Positions 49,548 to 62,672 of a DNA stretch of 64,000 nt are shown in pieces. The notes beneath the pieces are model-generated. The model was not told the origin of the DNA and did no database searches. It saw only the letters and a program-made list of their open reading frames with translations. Origin of the DNA: Octopus sinensis (lineage: Eukaryota); the NCBI RefSeq assembly GCF_006345805.1, contig NW_021836134.1:124001-188000 (forward strand), read 5' to 3'. Position numbers and translations under genes: made by a program. Every line of letters begins with the position of its first letter. Within the stretch, counting starts at the first letter, position 1.

Positions 49548-50550
49548 AGTGGAATCTTCATCTTCCCCGAGGAAACTGCAATTGTCACTACGGCCACCCT
49601 ACACATTTACTTTGATATCACTGACACGTGCAAACAAGTTCACCTCGCACTCCTCCAACGCGATACCCACACCAGACCGGGTGTCGACCGAATATGTCAA
49701 TTTGAGTGGATAGAGTAACCGACTGCTCACCATTCTCCTCAGAAAAAGTTACTTTATCCTGCCTTCGACCGTTCTTCAGTCACAGAGACAGAACTCCGGT
49801 CCAAAGATATTGATAGTTACTGACATTCCACGATGAATGATTTGCTTTTAATTCAGCAGTCGTCTTTTGGGAATCTCCTGCAAAGTCTACTCCTCCCTCT
49901 CCAAAGGCAGGGGAGACAGCCGTAAATACCTTAATTAATCGCGAATGTGAATGCTAAGGTAAACGCATCTGCGAATCCAGCCAACAAAGCATCGCCAAAT
50001 TGTTCAATTTTTGAGACCCCATCTGTGTCTATCAAATTAATTTTGAGGTGAATACATTTTTTGATCATTTGTTACGTTTTTTTTGTTCTTCTAGAACAAA
50101 TCCACGAAAAAAATGCTCTTTACAGAAGGAGATTTTTTGTAATCAAGCAAAGCATCATTTGTCAAGTCGTAAGTGAGTGCAAGTTTGCTCTGCCACTGAA
50201 ACAATAGGACGATTCGAGCCATTTACCTAATGAAAGGTTTCAACTCGATTTAATTGATCTTAAAGTTTGTTAGTTATTATTGTAGAATCAAAATGATTGT
50301 CTTTAGGATACACATATTCAAAATTATATGAATTGGGTTAAAAAATACACGATTTCATTATAAAAGTTATAAAAACTATCAAAAATAGTGATCATTATAA
50401 AACATGGCAAATTAAAAAAAGATAGGCGTTCAGTGACTTATTTGCCCCACGACATTCTATCATAAAAAAATTATAAAAAAAACAAACAGAACAGACCATT
50501 GTCAGACTCTCCAATTTTGGTTATGAGCCGGTTTTATTGTCTTTTTTTGA

Positions 50551-53500
50551 TTGAATTTTGTAGCGGTTATTTCTGATTGGCATTGTCGGGCATATCTCCA
50601 ACCAGATAATGCGACAAACTCTTCCAAACGCTACCCTGCCCCGCTAGACCATCAGGAAATACTTGAATTGATCTCAAACCTGACACATACACGAAAACTC
50701 CTGACAGGATTCCCAAAGCTGCCCATATATCTGTCACGGACTGTCTATGTGAGTGTATCGAAAGAGCAGTTTCTTCGGACGACTCTGAGGATTGGTTACG
50801 AATATTTTGCTTCGCTCCATTCACACTATGCATACCCCATAGGAGGGGAGGACTCATTAGTAAAAAAGAATGTCCGCACATTCTTTTCAAGGAACCTATT
50901 GGCAGACTCAGAAAAGCTCACCTACAAATCCCAAAACTATGAGAAGCCAACATCGACTATCTCGAACACTCAGAAATTAAGAAGTGCGATCTGTCGAAAA
51001 CTTTTGGAAGATGAAATCCGTGCTGCTGTGAGGACCTTTGCAGATCAATACCGCATAATTGATTCGTTTGAACAGTCCTACGCATCACTTGTTGAGCGCC
51101 ACCCAAGTCCCCCAAACGACCACCGAATTCCTCCTTGCCCAGGACAATTACCCAATGTACTTGTCTCTGAAAAAGACGTAAAAGATGGGATTCTCTACTT
51201 CGTCTCGAGCAGCAGTGGTGAACTAGATGGGCTCCGTCCGAGTCATCTCAAAGATCTTATTGCTCGTAACACTGGCAATTCTGGGGTCTGGCTCGTGCTG
51301 GCTATAACCAAACTAATGAATAGGATGCAATCAGGGACACTACCAGAAACAATTCCACACGTAATGTTCTCTGCCAAATTAATCGCATTGAACAAGAAGG
51401 GAGGGGGAATACGCCCGATTGCTATTGGCCTGGTCTTTTGTCGGTTGGTCTCAAAGTTTGTAGGCAGAGCAATCCTGTCTACGTTGATAACACAATTACA
51501 ACAAGCCCAAATAGGGGTCGGCACACCGGGGGGTTGTAAAGCGGCAGTTCATGCTCTCCGAACATTCACCGAAAAGAACGAGAAACTCCTTTCGTAATCA
51601 TCAAAATTGACATTAAAATACCTTCAACTCGATACGATGTGATACAATTCTGGAGGATTGCTTCACATACTACCCATCAGTATACAGCTATATTAATAGC
51701 TCATATGGAAAACCATCCAGTCTGATACACGGCCAATATCACATCCCATCGTCTTCTGGAGTCCAACAAGGAGACCCACTGGGGCCTGCCTTGTTCACCC
51801 TGGGAATTTCCCGTGTCACAAGATATTGCTCCACTTCCCTGAGGGTATGGTATTCCGATGATTGCACTATGGGCGGCCATCCGGGCGCACCCTGGTACCT
51901 GGAAATGAAACAGCTCGACGATATTGATTGTCTCTTCCGGACCACCATTGAACGTAACACTAATGTGAAATTCGACGACCAAGGGTGGGACCAAGCGACC
52001 CTACCCGTTAATCTGGGCAGACTGGGAATCCCTTCACCGAAAGATCTAGCTTGCTTCGCATATCTATTCTCTTTTGACTCCAGTCGACTGCTGATCAGGA
52101 TGATTCTTTAACTTCAAACAGAATCATCTGAAATCACAGACATGAAGCATTCGCGGGGGATGATGCCTGAGCAGAAAGATCGTTAAAGGACCTGAGAGGA
52201 TAAATATGAGAGGCTTCTGAACCAATCAAACCAACACAGACGTCTAGTGACTGGAAGATGCGAATCGAGTGGAGCTTGGATCAACGCACTCCCGTTGGTA
52301 GTGTCGGAACCCACCTTGACGACGATACTGTCTGCATCGGAATCAGTACCAGACTTGGACTGGAGATTTTCCGGACTCACAAATGCCGGTGTGGCGCCAT
52401 CGTCGATTGCTATGGCCTCTCTTTTAGAACAAGTGCAGGACGATTCCCAAGACACAAGGCGATCAACGAAATTGTCAAGCGAGCCCTAGATCGCAGTTTA
52501 TAGAATTTTCTCACAAAACCGTTTCATATTCATACCAATGATACTGTAATCACCTTTGCATTGTGGATTATTCTTAGTTCACTAGCAAGCATGTCGTACG
52601 TATGGCGCTTTTCTACCTCAATTTTCTTTAAAACGATTTATCTCATTGTGTCGTGTCCGGCTTGTTATTCTCAACTTCTTATCTGTATTCATTGTCGTGA
52701 AAATACGAATCTCCACATAGTTATTCGCAGCCACTGACTTAACAAAATAAGTTTAAAATTTCCTATATTACTTAACTTCACACTCCCCGCATAAATCCAG
52801 ATGTACACATTTCACTATTTCGTTGTTTTCGTATGTATTCACTATTTAAAATTCGACCAGACCTTGTTGCTAAGTGGATGTTGTCTTCTTAGTTAAGTTA
52901 CAGTAACTGGACATTGCTCAGCATTGTCAAAAAATAAATTAAGGTCCTGGATAAAACACAGCAGCCCTTCGGTTCTCGGTGAATTATTTCATGTGATCTT
53001 CATGTGATAATCAATGAAAGGATTCAGGTATCGACTTTGGGATTATTTAGACATTCGAAGAGAATCCAATGCAATGTTGTTTCTTCGCTTCCTTTTTCAA
53101 ATTGGCTTCTTAGAAGTAAAGCCTTTTTTTGTTTGCAAGTTTAAAGTATAGTCGTTCCAACCTTGATATTTTCTTCGTCTTATCTCAATTTTTTTCAATC
53201 ATTTTTTGCTAACAATAATTAAATTTTCTAATGCACTTTCTTGTGCCTCTAATAACTCCCTCGAATAAATGCTAAAAGTTTCTCAATTTCTTCTTCATCA
53301 ATTTTTCGAAGATTTCCAACATTCGTAAATATGTAAAATCGGATTTTTTTGTCGTAGAATGAATAGTATTGTTGTAATTATAAACATGTCTTTTATGCAT
53401 GTGCAAGATTGTCCAAAACAATTTCGAGTACTTGCCGACGATATCAGGCGTTGTATGCTTTGATTAAATGAATAAATCGATTTTAAATCATTAACCTTTC

Positions 53501-54500
53501 GACTTGCCTTGTATCCGAGGAGCACGAGGCCTCTCCACGTAAATGTTTTTTTACTAACGTAATTTTAGAAAATATGTTTTTTCATTTTCAAAATGAAATT
53601 TATTGCTAATTTTATGAGCCTGTATCGTTAATACCGCCTGATTTATGAATTTTTAGATTCTTTATTTCTTTGATTTTTCTATATTATTCCCCATACTAAA
53701 TAGAATAAAACACCAAATTAATTGGAATCAATAGAAAATCAAGTGGAATTAACAACAAACTAAGTGGGTCTAGCAGAAAACTAAGTGGGACTAACAGTAA
53801 ATTAAGTGAATTTAATAACGAACTAAATGGGATCAATAAAGGATTATTTTTATTATAAATATTATTTCGTCTCAGAGTGCTGCCTTATTGTCAACAAGAT
53901 GCCTAAAATCTCGGAATGCTGCCTTTAGGTAGACAATAAAAAAACTGAAAACAGCGAGTCATCCTGTGGTATGTCTCATGATGTGTAAAAATAGTTTGAC
54001 ACCAAGTTTAGCTGCTAATTGAGTGTCTTAAAAAGCTTTAAGATGATTCGGATATCATACTGATTTAAAACGGCATTTCCACAAGTTTCATTCCGTAAAC
54101 TGAGGAACATGTTGGCCTTGACAGAGAAGATTGAAACCGTCCTGATGGATCACAATTTTCCCATTTGAAGAGGGGAAACCTATAGTCAGGGACGCAACTT
54201 GTGTCGAAACACTCTGCCCGTCCAACATTCCCGGCAGCGCAGTTGACACACTATATGCCGCGGAAAAACGATGAGGGCAAAGGAGAGAAAATACGAAGCG
54301 CTGCGCGGCCGATTCGCGTTCTATCGGATTGTGGTCGAGACAACTGGAGAAATAAGTAGGAAATCGCTTCGCTTCCTAAAGAAACTTGGACGTTTAGCCA
54401 CATTAAAAACCACAACACATGTGAGATCCGGTGGCTTTCTAGTTGATCTCTGTTGCTAACTTGAGAGGCAACGCAACGTCGATAATGTCGGCGGGGTCCA
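50551..54500 (+). pseudogene. Degenerate CRE retrotransposon split by a ~1.6-kb insertion (about 52500-54083); 5' boundary approximate
   Basis: KLLEDEIRAAVR, SSSGELDGLRP, KKGGGIRPIAIG, GVQQGDPLGP, WYSDD, CRCG..RH..VKRALDR (~52494). Resumes FHS..VGLDRED*NRPDG at ~54084 and runs to ISVANLRGNA. Confidence 0.85.
53720..53840. repeat. Degenerate 21-bp tandem repeat, about 5 copies
   Basis: AAGTGGAATTAACAACAAACT / AAGTGGGTCTAGCAGAAAACT / AAGTGGGACTAACAGTAAATT / AAGTGAATTTAATAACGAACT / AAATGGGATCAATAAA. Confidence 0.7.
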
Positions 54501-54581
54501 CCGGATGGATGGCTGTGTTAACTTTTAATTATATTTGTTTTTCAAATAATATCAAAAAATACAATTTTATTTTATTTATTA

Positions 54582-57086
54582 CTAGCTCGGCAGCTCGCTT
54601 CGCTCACCGCGACCTAGCTCCTGCGGAGGGCCTGTTTCATCAAACAACTATAAGTTTATGTAGATGTATAAAACTACCTGGTTTAATGTAACCCTATTCT
54701 ATCGCCTGTTGATAAACGATGTTTGTCGTCCGTCCTTCCTTGGCATATATGAATAAATTTTCTCTTCTGCCTACCCTCGAGCATCCCACATACAGCTGTC
54801 CATGTGAAAAGCACTCACTCTCTAAAAATAACCCACTACCTTTAATGACATTGTCATTGCAAACTTTTTTTTTCATTTTTGTATTTTTTTTATATTTAAT
54901 TTTTTCATTTTTCCTTTGTAATTTCCTTTTTTTTTCTTTTTTATTTTTTTGTTTTTTACTGGCGGAAATGGGGCAGGGGGAGATGCGGCAGGCAAGAAAG
55001 CGACACACAAAAAAGATTTAATTAATTACCTTATTAAGCTGACCGTTTTTTCTTCAGCTTCGTTTTTCCTCCTTCGGTTATCTATTTAAAAAATTATTTT
55101 TGAATAATAAAAAAGTTTAGGAAAAGAGGCATACCGAAAATAAATTCTATCTTTACGAAAAACTCAAGTAAATAGTTAATATTTTTACGCAAATTCTTCT
55201 GATTGCGCTGTCAATTGGTGGTAAATTGTGTTAATGGTTGTGCTAATGTGGTTTCAACTATCAAAGTGTTTTTCAAAATCTGTTAATTGCACACTCTATT
55301 CAAGGTCGTGCGTCAATTGGTGGTAAATTGTGTTAATGATTGTGCTAATGTGGTTTCAACTATCAAAGTGGTTTTTCAAATCTGTTAATTGCACACTCTA
55401 TTCAAAGTCGTGCAATCTGTGATTGCACATTCTGTCAAAGTCAAATATGATAATAGCTTTAATTTTGATTCATGGTCGATAATGATATATGCATTTAATT
55501 TTAAAGAGAAAAACATAGGATGAATTGAATTTCTTTATCGCGAATAATTGGGAGTTCATCATTGTTAATATTCTCGCTGTCGTTTTCATCAAGGATATTC
55601 TTAATACGTGAGATTTTTGCCTTGAAGGTTTTAATGGACCTCATCATGAATGTCGAGGACATTCGCGTTGTTCATTTTAATCAAAATGCAGAAAATAATT
55701 TTTTTGATTTTTTGGGGGGAAGGTTTTAAGGACTTCATCATGTAAGTCGAGGACATTGTAGTTGTTCATTTTAACTAAAATGCAGAAAATTTTTTTTTAA
55801 TTTTTTTGGGAGGGAAGGTTTTAAGGACTTCATCATGTAAGTCGAGGACATTGTAGTTGTTCATTTTAACCAAAATGCAGAAAATTTTTTTTAATTTTTT
55901 TGGGGGGGAAGGTTTTAAGGACTTCATCATGTAAGTGAGGACATTGTAGTTTGTTCATTTTAACCAAATGCAGAAAATTTTTTTTAATTTTTTTTGGGAG
56001 GGAAGGTTTTAAGGACTTCATCATGTAAGTCGAGGACATTGTAGTTGTTCATTTTAACCAAAATGCAGAAAATTTTTTTTAATTTTTTTGGGGGGGAAGG
56101 TTTTAAGGACTTCATCATGTAAGTCGAGGACATTGTAGTTGTTCATTTTAACCAAAATGCAGAAAATTTTTTTAATTTTTTTTGGGGGGGAAGGTTTTAA
56201 GGACTTCATCATGTAAGTCGAGGACATTGTAGTTGTTCATTTTAACCAAAATGCAGAAAATTTTTTTTTAATTTTTTTGGGGGGGAAGGTTTTAAGGACT
56301 TCATCATGTAAGTCGAGGACATTGTAGTTGTTCATTTTAACCAAAATGCAGAAAATTTTTTTTTAATTTTTTTGGGGGGGAAGGTTTTAAGGACTTCATC
56401 ATGTAAGTCGAGGACATTGTAGTTGTTCATTTTAACCAAAATGCAGAAAAATTTTTTTTAATTTTTTTGGGGGGGAAGGTTTTAAGGACTTCATCATGTA
56501 AGTCGAGGACATTGTAGTTGTTCATTTTAACCAAATGCAGAAAATTTTTTTTAATTTTTTTGGGGGGGAAGGTTTTAAGGACTTCATCATGTAAGTCGAG
56601 GACATTGTAGTTGTTCATTTTAACCAAAATGCAGAAAATTTTTTTTAATTTTTTTTGGGGGGGAAGGTTTTAAGGACTTCATCATGTAAGTCGAGGACAT
56701 TGTAGTTGTTCATTTTAACCAAAATGCAGAAATTTTTTTTAATTTTTTTTGGGGGGAAGGTTTTAAGGACTTCATCATGTAAGTCGAGGACATTGTAGTT
56801 GTTCATTTTAACCAAAATGCAGAAAATTTTTTTAATTTTTTTTTTGGGGGGGAAGGTTTTAAGGACTTATCATGTAAGTCGAGGACATTGTAGTTGTTCA
56901 TTTTAACAAAATGCAGAAAATTTTTTTTTATTTTTTTGGGGGGAAGGTTTTAAGGACCTCATCATGTAAGTCGAGGACATCGTATTGCCAATTTGAAGTT
57001 GGTGTGCACACACGACAGACAGACAGACCACAGACAGACACACAGACAGACAGACAGACACACACCATACCATTTTATTATTAAGA
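54582..57086 (-). mobile_element. Non-autonomous Helitron, copy 1
   Basis: Minus strand starts A|TCTTAATAATAAAATGG followed by a (TGTC)n microsatellite and ends GAGCGAAGCGAGCTGCCGAGCTAG|T, with no TSD. Carries the PIF1-helicase C-terminus [19 protein letters not shown] (small deletion relative to copies 2 and 3). Confidence 0.92.
55624..56985. repeat. ~94-bp tandem satellite inside Helitron copy 1 (about 15 monomers, last partial)
   Basis: Monomer GAAGGTTTTAAGGACTTCATCATGTAAGTCGAGGACATTGTAGTTGTTCATTTTAACCAAAATGCAGAAAA(T)nAA(T)n(G)n; variation mostly in homopolymer length. Confidence 0.95.
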
Positions 57087-57420
57087 TTTGCTGACTCATT
57101 CATTAGGTATGCTGTTGTAGAACTAGCCAAAAAATAAAAGTGCATTGGAAATTTCATCTCTATTGAGAATCTTGGATTGGGCACGCATAGGGAACATTAT
57201 CAAATGACTTTCAACAATTAGCGTTTGGTTTTGATTTTCAACAATTAGTTCCGTAATTTCGTAACGAACTTGACTTTTTCCGTCTTGAAATAATCGCTTT
57301 TCCTAAATCAATTTCGAAGTTTTATGGTAATAATAAAAGTGGCTTTATTATTTGCTTTGATAAATCTTTCTGGCTTAATCAGTTTCAAGGTGTATCTTAA
57401 TCTTAATATCGTATTTTAAA

Positions 57421-59926
57421 CTAGCTCGGCAGCTCGCTTCGCTCACCGCGACCTAGCTCCTGCGGAGGGCCTGTTTCATCAAACAACTATAAGTTTATGT
57501 AGATGTATAAAACTACCTGGTTTAATGTAACCCTATTCTATCGCCTGTTGATAAACGATTTTGTCGTCCGTCCTTCCTTGGCATATATGAATAAATTTTC
57601 TCTTCTGCCTACCCTCGAGCATCCCACATACAGCTGTCCATGTGAAAAGCACTCACTCTCTAAAAATAACCCAACTACCTTTAATGACTGTCCCTGGGCC
57701 TTGTTTATTGTCATTGCAAACTTTTTTTTCATTTTTTGTGGTCTATTTTTTTATATTTAATTTTTTCATTTTTCCTTTGTAATTTCCTTTTTTTCTTTTT
57801 TATTTTTTTGTTTTTTACTGGCGGAAATGGGGCAGGGGGAGATGCGGCAGGCAAGAAAGCGACACACAAAAGATTTAATTAATTACCTTATTAAGCTGAC
57901 CGTTTTTTCTTCAGCTTCGTTTTCCTCCTTCGGTTATCTATTTAAAAAATTATTTTTGAATAATAAAAAAGTTTAGGAAAAGAGGCATACCGAAAATAAA
58001 TTCTATCTTTACGAAAAACTCAAGTAAATAGTTAATATTTTTACGCAAATTCTTCTGATTGCGCTGTCAATTGGTGGTAAATTGTGTTAATGGTTGTGCT
58101 AATGTGGTTTCAACTATCAAAGTGTTTTTCAAAATCTGTTAATTGCACACTCTATTCAAGGTCGTGCGTCAATTGGTGGTAAATTGTGTTAATGATTGTG
58201 CTAATGTGGTTTCAACTATCAAAGTGGTTTTTCAAAATCTGTTAATGCACACTCTATTCAAAGTCGTGCAATCTGTGATTGCACATTCTGTCAAAGTCAA
58301 ATATGATAATAGCTTAATTTTGATTCATGGTCGATAATGATATATGCATTTAATTTTAAAGAGAAAACATAGGATGAATTGAATTTCTTTATCGCGAATA
58401 ATTGGGAGTTCATCATGTTAATATTCTCGCTGTCGTTTTCATCAAGGATATTCTTAATACGTGAGATTTTTGCCTTGAAGGTTTAATGGACCTCATCATG
58501 AATGTCGAGGACATTCGCGTTGTTCATTTTAATCAAAATGCAGAAAATAATTTTTTGATTTTTGGGGGAAGGTTTTAAGGACTTCATCATGTAAGTCGAG
58601 GACATTGTAGTTGTTCATTTTAACTAAAATGCAGAAAATTTTTTTTTTTTTTTGGGGAGGGAAGGTTTTAAGGACTTCATCATGTAAGTCGAGGACATTG
58701 TAGTTGTTCATTTTAACCAAAATGCAGAAAATTTTTTTTAATTTTTTTGGGGGGGAAGGTTTTAAGGACTCATCATGTAAGTTGAGGACATTGTAGTTGT
58801 TCATTTTAACCAAAATGCAGAAAATTTTTTTAATTTTTTTTGGAGGGAAGGTTTTAAGGACTTCATCATGTAAGTCGAGGACATTGTAGTTGTTCATTTT
58901 AACCAAAATGCAGAAAATTTTTTTTAATTTTTTTGGGGGGAAGGTTTAAGGACTTCATCATGTAAGTCGAGGACATTGTAGTTGTTCATTTTAACCAAAA
59001 TGCAGAAAAATTTTTTTAATTTTTTTGGGGGGGAAGGTTTTAAGGACTTCATCATGTAAGTCGAGGACATTGTAGTTGTTCATTTTAACCAAAATGCAGA
59101 AAATTTTTTTTTAATTTTTTTTTGGGGGGAAGGTTTTAAGGACTTCATCATGTAAGTCGAGGACATTGTAGTTGTTCATTTTAACCAAAATGCAGAAAAT
59201 TTTTTTTTAATTTTTTGGGGGGGAAGGTTTTAAGGACTTCATCATGTAAGTCGAGGACATTGTAGTTGTTCATTTTAACCAAAATGCAGAAAATTTTTTT
59301 TAATTTTTTTGGGGGGAAGGTTTTAAGGACTTCATCATGTAAGTCGAGGACATTGTAGTTGTTCATTTTAACCAAAATGCAGAAAATTTTTTTTTAATTT
59401 TTTTTGGGGGGGAAGGTTTTAAGGACTTCATCATGTAAGTCGAGGACATTGTAGTTGTTCATTTTAACCAAAATGCAGAAAATTTTTTTTTAATTTTTTG
59501 GGGGGGAAGGTTTTAAGGACTTCATCATGTAAGTCGAGGACATTGTAGTTGTTCATTTAACCAAAATGCAGAAAATTTTTTTTTAATTTTTTTTGGGGGG
59601 GAAGGTTTTAAGGACTTCATCAGTGTCGTCGGACATTGTAGTTGTTCATTTTAACCAAAATGCAGAAAATTTTTTTTAATTTTTTTTGGGGGGGAGGTTT
59701 AAGGACTTCATCATGTAAGTCGAGGACATTGTAGTTGTTCATTTTAACCAAAATGCAGAAAATTTTTTTTATTTTTTTTGGGGGGAAGGTTTTAAGGACC
59801 TCATCATGTAAGTCGAGGACATCGTATTGCCAATTTGAAGTTGGTGTGCACACACAGACAGACAACAGACACACAGACAGACACACAGACAGACAGACAC
59901 ACACCATACCATTTTATATTATTAGA
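57421..59926 (-). mobile_element. Non-autonomous Helitron, copy 2
   Basis: Same termini and interior as copy 1; [20 protein letters not shown]; satellite ~58477-59825 (about 15 monomers). Confidence 0.92.
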
Positions 59927-60264
59927 TTTGCTGACTCATTCATTAGGTATGCTGTTGTAGAACTAGCAAAAAATAAAAGTGCATTGGAAATTTCATCTCT
60001 ATTTGAGAATCTTGGATTGGGCCGCATAGGGAACATTATCAAATTGACTTTCAACAATTAGCGTTTGGTTTTGATTTTCAACAATTAGTTCCGTAATTTC
60101 GTTAACGAACTTGACTTTTTTTCCGTCTTGAAATAATCGCTTTTCCTAAATCAATTTCGAAGTTTTATGGTAATAATAAAAGTGGCTTTACTTATTTGCT
60201 TTGATAAATCTTTCTGGCTTAATCAGTTTCAAGGTGTATCTTAATCTTAATATCGTATTTTAAA

Positions 60265-62672
60265 CTAGCTCGGCAGCTCGCTTCGCTCACCGCGACCTAG
60301 CTCCTGCGGAGGGCCTGTTTCATCAAACAACTATAAGTTTATGTAGATGTATAAAACTACCTGGTTTAATGTAACCCTATTCTATCGCCTGTTGATAAAC
60401 GATGTTTGTCGTCCGTCCTTCCTTGGCATATATGAATAAATTTTCTCTTCTGCCTACCCTCGAGCATCCCACATACAGCTGTCCATGTGAAAAGCACTCA
60501 CTCTCTAAAAATAACCCAACTACCTTTAATGACTGTCCCTGGGCCTTGTTTATTGTCATTGCAAACTTTTTTTTTCATTTTTTGTGGTCTATTTTTTTTA
60601 TATTTAATTTTTTCATTTTTCCTTTGTAATTTCCTTTTTTTTCTTTTTTTTTTTTTTTTTTTTACTGGCGGAAATGGGGCAGGGGGAGATGCGGCAGGCA
60701 AGAAAGCGACACACAAAAAAGATTTAATTAATTACCTTATTAAGCTGACCGTTTTTTCTTCAGCTTCGTTTTTCCTCCTTCGGTTATCTATTTAAAAAAT
60801 TATTTTTGAATAATAAAAAAGTTTAGGAAAAGAGGCATACCGAAAATAAATTCTATCTTTACGAAAAACTCAAGTAAATAGTTAATATTTTTACGCAAAT
60901 TCTTCTGATTGCGCTGTCAATTGGTGGTAAATTGTGTTAATGGTTGTGCTAATGTGGTTTCAACTATCAAAGTGTTTTTCAAAATCTGTTAATTGCACAC
61001 TCTATTCAAGGTCGTGCGTCAATTGGTGGTAAATTGTGTTAATGATTGTGCTAATGTGGTTTCAACTATCAAAGTGGTTTTTCAAAATCTGTTAATTGCA
61101 CACTCTATTCAAAGTCGTGCAATCTGTGATTGCACATTCTGTCAAAGTCAAATATGATAATAGCTTTAATTTTGATTCATGGTCGATAATGATATATGCA
61201 TTTAATTTTAAAGAGAAAAACATAGGATGAATTGAATTTCTTTATCGCGAATAATTGGGAGTTCATCATTGTTAATATTCTCGCTGTCGTTTTCATCAAG
61301 GATATTCTTAATACGTGAGATTTTTGCCTTGAAGGTTTTAATGGACCTCATCATGAATGTCGAGGACATTCGCGTTGTTCATTTTAATCAAAATGCAGAA
61401 AATAATTTTTTGATTTTTTGGGGGAAGGTTTTAAGGACTTCATCATGTAAGTCGAGGACATTGTAGTTGTTCATTTTAACCAAAATGCAGAAAATTTTTT
61501 TTTAATTTTTTTTGGGAGGGAAGGTTTTAAGGACTTCATCATGTAAGTCGAGGACATTGTAGTTGTTCATTTTAACCAAAATGCAGAAAATTTTTTTTAA
61601 TTTTTTTTGGGGGGAAGGTTTTAAGGACTTCATCATGTAAGTCGAGGACATTGTAGTTGTTCATTTTAACCAAAATGCAGAAAATTTTTTTAATTTTTTG
61701 GGGGGGAAGGTTTTAAGGACTTCATCATGTAAGTCGAGGACATTGTAGTTGTTCATTTTAACCAAAATGCAGAAAATTTTTTTAATTTTTTTTGGGGGGA
61801 AGGTTTTAAGGACTTCATCATGTAAGTCGAGGACATTGTAGTTGTTCATTTTAACCAAAATGCAGAAAATTTTTTTTTAATTTTTTTGGGGGGGAAGGTT
61901 TTAAGGACTTCATCATGTAAGTCGAGGACATTGTAGTTGTTCATTTTAACCAAAATGCAGAAAATTTTTTTTTAATTTTTTTGGGGGGAAGGTTTTAAGG
62001 ACTTCATCATGTAAGTCGAGGACATTGTAGTTGTTCATTTTAACCAAAATGCAGAAAATTTTTTTTAATTTTTTTGGGGGGGAAGGTTTTAAGGACTTCA
62101 TCATGTAAGTCGAGGACATTGTAGTTGTTCATTTTAACCAAAATGCAGAAAATTTTTTTTAATTTTTTTGGGGGGGAAGGTTTTAAGGACTTCATCATGT
62201 AAGTCGAGGACATTGTAGTTGTTCATTTTAACCAAAATGCAGAAAATTTTTTTTTAATTTTTTTTGGGGGGGAAGGTTTTAAGGACTTCATCATGTAAGT
62301 CGAGGACATTGTAGTTGTTCATTTTAACCAAAATGCAGAAAATTTTTTTTTAATTTTTTTTGGGGGGAAGGTTTTAAGGACTTCATCATGTAAGTCGAGG
62401 ACATTGTAGTTGTTCATTTAACCAAAATGCAGAAATTTTTTTTTAATTTTTTTTGGGGGGAAGGTTTTAAGGACTTCATCATGTAAGTCGAGGACATTGT
62501 AGTTGTTCATTTTAACCAAAATGCAGAAAATTTTTTTTTTATTTTTTTTGGGGGGAAGGTTTTAAGGACCTCATCATGTAAGTCGAGGACATCGTATTGC
62601 CAATTTGAAGTTGGTGTGCACACACAGACAGACAGACAGACAGACACACACCATACCATTTTATTATTAAGA
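60265..62672 (-). mobile_element. Non-autonomous Helitron, copy 3
   Basis: Same termini. ORF 60377-60559 carries PIF1 motifs V (TINKAQGQS) and VI (YVGCSRV); satellite ~61331-62595 (about 14 monomers). Confidence 0.92.

Noticed and set aside
56427-61858. ORFs of repeated MVKMNNYNVLDLHDEVLKTFPP as real proteins
   Set aside because: They are translations of the satellite whose length depends on homopolymer indels; no evidence of coding beyond the ancestral monomer.
55624-62595. CRISPR-like regular repeats
   Set aside because: Monomers are contiguous with no unique spacers, there are no cas genes, and the context is eukaryotic; this is a tandem satellite.
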